NCBI GenBank assembly: GCA_963822875.1
Contig: CAWGJK010000028.1
Location: 38,690 to 62,689, forward strand
Direction: 5' to 3'
Length of the DNA stretch: 24,000 nt
From: an uncultured Acidimicrobiia bacterium
Lineage (GTDB): Bacteria > Actinomycetota > Acidimicrobiia > Acidimicrobiales > Ilumatobacteraceae
This document shows positions 18,642 to 24,000 of this stretch, in pieces. The stretch's first letter is position 1. Every line of letters begins with the position of its first letter. The notes beneath the pieces are model-generated. The model ran no database searches. It was not told where the DNA came from and worked only from the letters and a program-made list of their open reading frames with translations. The position numbers were made by a program, and so were the translations under genes.

Positions 18642-21188
18642 ATGGCGCTCGACCCCAAGAAGTGGACGCTCAAGACGCAGGAGGCGATGGCCGCCGCCAT
18701 CGACCAGGCCAAGGCCAACGCCAACCCCGAGCTGACGCCGGATCACCTGCTCGCCGCGCTGACGAGGCAGGACGACACCGTCGTCCCGGCCGTGCTGGCC
18801 AAGCTCGGTCAGGCGCCGCTGATGATCCGCAACCGCGCCGACGAGGCCGTCGCCAAGCTGCCCAAGGCGTACGGCGGCGACGAGCCGCGCATGGGCCGTG
18901 AGCTCAGCGCCACGTTCGACGCCGCCCAGCGCGTCCAGGCCGACCTGCGCGACGACTTCTTGTCCGTCGAGCACCTGCTGCTGGCGATGCACGACCGCCT
19001 CGGCGTCGGCACCGAGGAGCTGCTCCAGGTGTTGCAGGATGTCCGCGGGTCGCATCGGGTGACGTCGCAGAACCCCGAGGACCAGTTCCAGGCCCTCGAG
19101 CGCTACGGACAGGACCTCACCGCACGGGCGCGCGAGGGCAAGATCGACCCGGTCATCGGGCGCGACGACGAGATCCGCCGCGTGATCCAGGTGCTGTCGC
19201 GGCGGACGAAGAACAACCCCGTGCTGATCGGCGAGCCAGGCGTCGGCAAGACCGCCATCGTCGAGGGGCTCGCCCGGCGCATCGCCGACGGCGACGTGCC
19301 CGAGGGTCTGAAGACCAAGCGCCTCGTCGCCCTCGACATCAGCTCGATGATCGCCGGGTCGAAGTACCGCGGCGAGTTCGAGGAGCGGTTGAAGGCGGTG
19401 CTCAAGGAGATCACCGACGCCGCCGGCGAGATCATCACGTTCGTCGACGAGCTGCACACGATCGTCGGGGCCGGTGCCGCCGAGGGAGCGATGGACGCCG
19501 GCAACATGATCAAGCCGATGCTCGCTCGCGGCGAGCTGCGCATGATCGGGGCGACCACGCTCGACGAGTACCGCAAGCGCGTCGAGAAGGACCCCGCCCT
19601 CGAACGGCGCTTCCAGCAGGTGTACGTCGCCGAGCCGTCGGTCGAGGACACGGTCGGCATCCTGCGCGGCCTCAAGGAGCGCTACGAGGTGCATCACGGC
19701 GTGCGCATCCAGGACTCCGCGCTCGTCGCCGCGGCCGTGCTGTCCAACCGCTACCTCACGAACCGCTTCCTGCCGGACAAGGCGATCGACCTCGTCGACG
19801 AGTCGGCCAGCAAGCTGCGCATCGAGATCGACTCGATGCCCACGGAGATCGACGTCGTCGAGCGGCGCATCCTGCAACTGGAGATCGAGCAGGTCGCGTT
19901 GGAGCCCAAGGAAGGCGACACGGTGTCCGATCCGGCATCCGTCGCCCGGCTCGCCGCGCTGACCGACGAGCTCGCCGCACTCAACGCTGAGTCGGCAGAG
20001 ATGAAGAAGCACTGGGAGGCCGAGCGTGAGGCGATCGATGCCATCCGCACGCTGAAGGAGGAGCTCGAGCAGTTGCGAACGCAACTGGAGCGCGAGGCCG
20101 ACCTCAACGTCGCCGCCGAGATCCGCTACGGGCGCATCCCCGAGCTCGAGCGGCGCATCGAGGAGGCCACGACGCACCTCGACGAGCTGCAGTCGGGCCA
20201 GCGGATGCTGAAGGAGGAGGTCGACGCCGAGGACATCGCCGAGGTCGTGTCGAAGTGGACGGGTGTGCCGGTGAGCCGGCTGATGGAGGCCGAGGCAGCC
20301 AAGCTGATCCACCTCGAGGAGCACCTCCACGAGCGCGTCGTCGGCCAGGACGACGCCGTGTCGGCGGTGGCCAACGCCATCCGTCGCAGCCGGGCCGGTC
20401 TGTCGGACCCGAACCGGCCGATCGGGTCGTTCATGTTCCTCGGTCCGACGGGCGTCGGCAAGACCGAGCTGGCGCGGGCGCTGGCGCAGTTCCTGTTCGA
20501 CGACGACCACGCCATGGTGCGCATCGACATGGGCGAGTACATGGAGAAGTTCTCCGTGTCCCGCCTCATCGGGGCGCCCCCCGGCTACATCGGCTACGAC
20601 GAGGGCGGCCAGCTCACCGAGGCCGTGCGCCGGCGGCCGTACTCGGTCGTCCTGCTCGACGAGATCGAGAAGGCCCACCCGGACGTGTTCAACACGCTGC
20701 TGCAGGTGCTCGACGACGGGCGGCTCACCGACGGTCAGGGGCGCACGGTCGACTTCACCAACGTCGTGCTGATCATGACGTCGAACCTGCCCGGCGAACC
20801 GCTCGACGTGTTCAAGCCGGAGTTCGTCAACCGCATCGACGAGATCATCCGCTTCAAGGCGCTGACCGAGGCCGACCTCGCCAAGATCGTCGACATCCAG
20901 CTCGACCGCTGGCGCGAGCGGCTCGCCGAGCGGCGCATCGAGCTCGACGTCACGACGGCGGCGATGGAGCACCTCGCCCGCGAGGGGTTCGACCCGGCGT
21001 TCGGCGCCCGCCCGCTCAAGCGGATCATCCAGCGCGAGATCGGCGACCAGGCCGCCGTGCTCCTGCTCGAGGGCAAGATCCAAGACGGCGGCACCCTCCA
21101 CGTCGACGTCGGTCGACGAGGTGCGACTGACCGTCGAGTGTGCGTGATGCGGCTACGCTCAGCACGTGACTGGACGGTCGGCGGATGA
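18642..21188 (+). CDS. clpB: ATP-dependent chaperone ClpB. The C-terminal ~25 codons are possibly out of frame, with an alternative end at 21147.
   Basis: ATG 18642 ([16 protein letters not shown]...). Two AAA+ modules are present ([15 protein letters not shown] and [15 protein letters not shown]) with a long coiled-coil middle domain between them. The as-read tail, [25 protein letters not shown], looks out of frame. Skipping g21111 gives [15 protein letters not shown] (stop 21145-21147). Confidence 0.93.
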   Translation: MALDPKKWTLKTQEAMAAAIDQAKANANPELTPDHLLAALTRQDDTVVPAVLAKLGQAPLMIRNRADEAVAKLPKAYGGDEPRMGRELSATFDAAQRVQADLRDDFLSVEHLLLAMHDRLGVGTEELLQVLQDVRGSHRVTSQNPEDQFQALERYGQDLTARAREGKIDPVIGRDDEIRRVIQVLSRRTKNNPVLIGEPGVGKTAIVEGLARRIADGDVPEGLKTKRLVALDISSMIAGSKYRGEFEERLKAVLKEITDAAGEIITFVDELHTIVGAGAAEGAMDAGNMIKPMLARGELRMIGATTLDEYRKRVEKDPALERRFQQVYVAEPSVEDTVGILRGLKERYEVHHGVRIQDSALVAAAVLSNRYLTNRFLPDKAIDLVDESASKLRIEIDSMPTEIDVVERRILQLEIEQVALEPKEGDTVSDPASVARLAALTDELAALNAESAEMKKHWEAEREAIDAIRTLKEELEQLRTQLEREADLNVAAEIRYGRIPELERRIEEATTHLDELQSGQRMLKEEVDAEDIAEVVSKWTGVPVSRLMEAEAAKLIHLEEHLHERVVGQDDAVSAVANAIRRSRAGLSDPNRPIGSFMFLGPTGVGKTELARALAQFLFDDDHAMVRIDMGEYMEKFSVSRLIGAPPGYIGYDEGGQLTEAVRRRPYSVVLLDEIEKAHPDVFNTLLQVLDDGRLTDGQGRTVDFTNVVLIMTSNLPGEPLDVFKPEFVNRIDEIIRFKALTEADLAKIVDIQLDRWRERLAERRIELDVTTAAMEHLAREGFDPAFGARPLKRIIQREIGDQAAVLLLEGKIQDGGTLHVDVGRRGATDRRVCVMRLRSARDWTVGG

Positions 21189-21986
21189 TCACGTCCACGC
21201 ACGAAGGCGTTGCCACGGTGGTGATCGACCACCCGCCGATCAACCTGATGACGGTCGAGGTGTTCCTCGAGCTCGCCGACGTCATCGAGCGACTCGCCGG
21301 TGACGACGACGTCCGCGTCGTCGTGCTGAGGTCGGCCAACCCGGAGTGGTTCATCGCCCACTTCGACGTCGCGGCCCTGCTGAACCTCTCCACTGATTCC
21401 GGACCGCCGGCGACCGAGCTCAACGTGTTCCACACGATGTGCGAGCGCCTGCGGACGATGCCCAAGGCGACGATCGCCGTGATCGAGGGCCGCGTCGGCG
21501 GCGGGGGGAGCGAGCTGGCGCTCAGCTGCGACATGCGGTTCGCCGCTCCTGCGGCGGTGTTCAGCCAGCCGGAGGTCGCCCTCGGCATCATCCCTGGTGG
21601 CAGCGGCACGACACGCCTGCCACGCCTGATCGGGCGCAGCCGCGCCCTCGAGGTGATCCTCGGTTGCGACGAGATCGACGCCGAGACGGCCGAGCGGTGG
21701 GGATGGGTCAACCGCGTGCTGCCGACGCGACGCGCTGGCGACGTTCGTCGACCGTCTCACCGACCGCATCGCCCGGTTCCCGGCGCACGCCGTCGCCGCC
21801 GCCAAGGCCAGCGTGCTGCGCGCCGAGGCCGGCGTCACCGAGCAGCTGCTCGCCGAGGGCGACGCCTTCGCCGCCACGCTCGGCGAGCCGTCGGCGCGGG
21901 CGGCCATGGAGCGCTTCCTCGAGCGTGGCGGGCAGACCCCCGAGGGCGAGCGGCGACTCGGCGCGCTCGCCGGCGAGCTGTCGTAG
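21185..21986 (+). pseudogene. Enoyl-CoA hydratase/isomerase (crotonase) family protein with the reading frame broken near 21725-21728 (apparent 1-nt insertion).
   Basis: The N-terminal 180 aa show a crotonase fold (VVIDHPPINLM, IAVIEGRVGGGGSELALSCDMRFAA, FSQPEVALGIIPGGSGTTRLPRLIG). After WGWVNRVLP the plausible continuation shifts frame: DALATFVDRLTDRIARFPAHAVAAAKASVL...ERFLERGGQTPEGERRLGALAGELS* (TAG 21984-21986). The span is 802 nt, which is 3n+1. Confidence 0.8.
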
Positions 21987-22000
21987 GGAGAAGGGGAGTC

Positions 22001-22912
22001 ATGGACTGGGTCATCCTCGACGTCGTCATCGGACTGTCGTTCCTGTTCTTCCTGTTGAGCATCATCGCCGCGGCGATGAACGAGGCGATCGCCGGCATCT
22101 TCAGGTTGCGGGCGCGGATGCTCGAGCAGGGGATCATCAACCTGATCAACGGCACACCGAAGCCGCAGGACGACGCCGACATGGAGATCGTCCGCCAGCT
22201 CTACGCGCACTCGCTCGTGAACGGCTACTCCCGCGGCACGTCGAAGCCGTCGTACCTCGCCTCGCGCTCGTTCCGCAACGCCCTCTTCGACGTGACGGAC
22301 CTGCTCGAGGCGACGAGCGAGTCGAGCGAGGATCCGCTCGAGGTGGCCGCCATCAAGGCGCGTGTCGACGAGACGCTGAGCGCCATCCCCAATGCCAAGC
22401 TGCGGGAGACGCTGACGGCCATCTGGCGCTCGTGCCATCACGACGCCACCGAGTTCCGCGCCGGCGTCGAGCGCTGGTTCGACCGGGGCATGGAGCGCGT
22501 GTCGGGCTGGTACAAGCGGCGCACCCAGCTGATCCTCTTCGTGCTCGGCGTCGGCGTGGCGATCGCCCTCAACGCCAGCGCGCTGACGGTCGCCGACGAG
22601 CTGTGGCGCAACGACGGCGTGCGCGACGCGCTGGTCGCCCAGGTCGAGAACCAGGGCCAGGAGGCATCGGCGACCGAGGCCCTCGACGAGCTGAAGGGGT
22701 TGCAGTTCCCGGTCGGTTGGTACGAGCGCCACCGGCCGCAGGACGTCGCCGAGTGGCTCGTCGCCCTCGCCGGCTGGTTGCTCACCGGGTTCGCCGTCAC
22801 GTTCGGCGCGCCGTTCTGGTTCGACGTGCTCGGCCGCTTCGCCAACCTGCGCGCGGCCGGCAGGAAGCCAGCCGACGTCCTGCCGACGGCGCCGTCGCCG
22901 CCGGATCGCTAG
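22001..22912 (+). CDS. Hypothetical integral membrane protein of unknown function.
   Basis: ATG 22001 is preceded by GGAGAAGGGGAG. There is an N-terminal TM helix (VILDVVIGLSFLFFLLSIIAAAM) and two C-terminal hydrophobic segments (LILFVLGVGVAIALNASAL and WLVALAGWLLTGFAVTFGAPFWF). The upstream part of ORF 21185..22912 is an out-of-frame readthrough of the hydratase gene. Confidence 0.7.
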   Translation: MDWVILDVVIGLSFLFFLLSIIAAAMNEAIAGIFRLRARMLEQGIINLINGTPKPQDDADMEIVRQLYAHSLVNGYSRGTSKPSYLASRSFRNALFDVTDLLEATSESSEDPLEVAAIKARVDETLSAIPNAKLRETLTAIWRSCHHDATEFRAGVERWFDRGMERVSGWYKRRTQLILFVLGVGVAIALNASALTVADELWRNDGVRDALVAQVENQGQEASATEALDELKGLQFPVGWYERHRPQDVAEWLVALAGWLLTGFAVTFGAPFWFDVLGRFANLRAAGRKPADVLPTAPSPPDR

Positions 22913-24000
22913 GCGCGGCGGCGGATCGCCGCGGCGTGGGCCGGGAATCCCTCGTGGTCGGCGAGGGCGATGATCGACGGCGACATGCGGGCGAGCGCGC
23001 CGGCATCGGCACGGGCGACGGCCGTGCGCTTCAGGAACGCTTCGACCGTGATGCCCGACGAGACCTCGGCGAAACCGGACGTCGGCAGCGACGCCGGGCA
23101 GCCGATGACGAAGTTGGCGGCGCTGAACGGGGTGTGCTGACCGACGAGGATCTCGCCAGCGTTCACCAGCGCGTCGACGACAGCGTCGACGTCATGGTCG
23201 GCGACGGCGACCTGGAGGTGTTCGGGGGCATAGCGGTTGGCGACGGCGGCCGCCTCGTCGAGGTCGCCGACGAGCACGCAGCCGCCGTTCGTGCCGAGCG
23301 ACGCCCTGGCGGCGTCGGCGCGCACGTCCGGCAGGTCGGCGAGCTGGCGGGTGAGCTCGGCGTCGGTCGCCGCGGCGATGTCGGGGGACGTGGTGACGAG
23401 CACGACCGCCGAGTCGGTGCCGTGCTCGGCCTCGATCAGCAGGTCGGCGGCCAGGCGCACGGGATCGGCTGAGTCGTCGGCGATGACCAGGCTCTCGGTC
23501 GGTCCGAGCACCATCATCGTCACCACGCCGTGGCGCTGCAGCTCGACCTGGGCGCACGTCACCGCCGGCGAGCCCGGGCCGACGACCTTGCGCACCTTGG
23601 GGATCGACTCGGTGCCGAACGCCAGCGCGGCGAGCCCGGCGGGGCCGTTGACGCGGAACACGTCGTCGATGCCGAGCTTGCGGCAGACGGCGAGGACGGC
23701 CGGGTCCACGGATCCGTCGCCCCCTGGGATCGGCGGCACGACGACGACGACCTGGGGCACCCCCGCCACGGTCGCCGGCACGCCGAGCTGGTAGGCGACG
23801 CTCGGGTAGCTGGCCTTGCCCGACGGGACGAACAGCCCGGCCGACGCGATCGGACCGATCTTCTCACCGACGCGCAGTCCCGGCTCCGGCTCGAAGCTCC
23901 ACGCGACGGCACGCGCCATGAGCTGCTCGTTGAACGCCCGGCAGTGGGCGATGGCGTCGTCGAGGGCGGCGTCGACGTCGGGTGCCACCGAAGCCGAGGC
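22909..24000 (-). CDS. Histidinol dehydrogenase (HisD) family protein, likely a paralogue. Partial: the N-terminus lies beyond the window end.
   Basis: The frame is open to position 24000. The HisD-family core is present (GLFVPSGKASYPSVAYQLGVPATVAGV, VLGPTESLVIADDSADPVRLAADLLIEAEHG, YAPEHLQV). The stop overlaps the convergent membrane-protein stop within CTAG (22909-22912). Confidence 0.8.
   Translation of the reverse strand, partial: ASASVAPDVDAALDDAIAHCRAFNEQLMARAVAWSFEPEPGLRVGEKIGPIASAGLFVPSGKASYPSVAYQLGVPATVAGVPQVVVVVPPIPGGDGSVDPAVLAVCRKLGIDDVFRVNGPAGLAALAFGTESIPKVRKVVGPGSPAVTCAQVELQRHGVVTMMVLGPTESLVIADDSADPVRLAADLLIEAEHGTDSAVVLVTTSPDIAAATDAELTRQLADLPDVRADAARASLGTNGGCVLVGDLDEAAAVANRYAPEHLQVAVADHDVDAVVDALVNAGEILVGQHTPFSAANFVIGCPASLPTSGFAEVSSGITVEAFLKRTAVARADAGALARMSPSIIALADHEGFPAHAAAIRRRA

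Noticed and set aside
21111-21188. Treating the clpB C-terminal frame break as certain.
   Set aside because: The as-read ORF ends in an ATGA overlap with the next gene's start (21185-21188), which is also a plausible native arrangement. The alternative ending, [11 protein letters not shown], merely looks more protein-like. I kept it as tentative rather than calling clpB a pseudogene.
18552-22732. Very long minus-strand ORFs: 849 aa at 18552..21101 and 665 aa at 20735..22732.
   Set aside because: They are antisense to clpB, the enoyl-CoA hydratase and the membrane protein. They contain no recognisable motifs, and their composition (repetitive L/D/E/R/G/V) mirrors the reverse complement of the real genes.

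Overview
This is a high-GC chromosomal segment of actinobacterial type. By eye it is above 70% G+C, with a very strong G/C bias at codon position 3. I can support about 21 protein-coding genes, mostly on the minus strand. I saw no rRNA, tRNA, CRISPR array, transposase or integrase.

Gene content is ordinary core and accessory metabolism:
- Histidine catabolism: hutU and hutH, split by an opposite-strand acyl-CoA dehydrogenase.
- A PhyH-type dioxygenase, peptide deformylase and an aldo/keto reductase.
- A flavin reductase.
- A PAS protein followed by two fused ABC exporter genes.
- A short-chain dehydrogenase (SDR).
- A soluble class I HMG-CoA reductase coupled to a WYL-domain regulator.
- A SWIM zinc-finger protein paired with an SNF2 helicase.
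- A secreted CAP-domain protein.
- clpB with a HAIR-like operator.
- An enoyl-CoA hydratase, a membrane protein of unknown function, and a HisD-family dehydrogenase that runs off the window end.

The most striking thing visible in the sequence is about 13 single-nucleotide reading-frame breaks. They sit inside 8-9 otherwise well-conserved genes, including def, hutH, the SNF2 helicase and possibly clpB. Most behave as 1-nt insertions. I read this as most likely assembly or sequencing error. The SDR gene carries about five breaks and may be a genuine pseudogene.

Secondary oddities:
- A perfect (ACGAATGG)x4 tandem repeat in a divergent promoter.
- An orphan HMG-CoA reductase translationally coupled to a WYL regulator.
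- A 20-bp perfect palindrome with a third half-copy.
- Chains of ATGA/GTGA start-stop overlaps linking functionally unrelated genes.

I did not find a convincing novel multi-gene system such as a defence island. The candidates I considered are listed with the reasons I rejected them.
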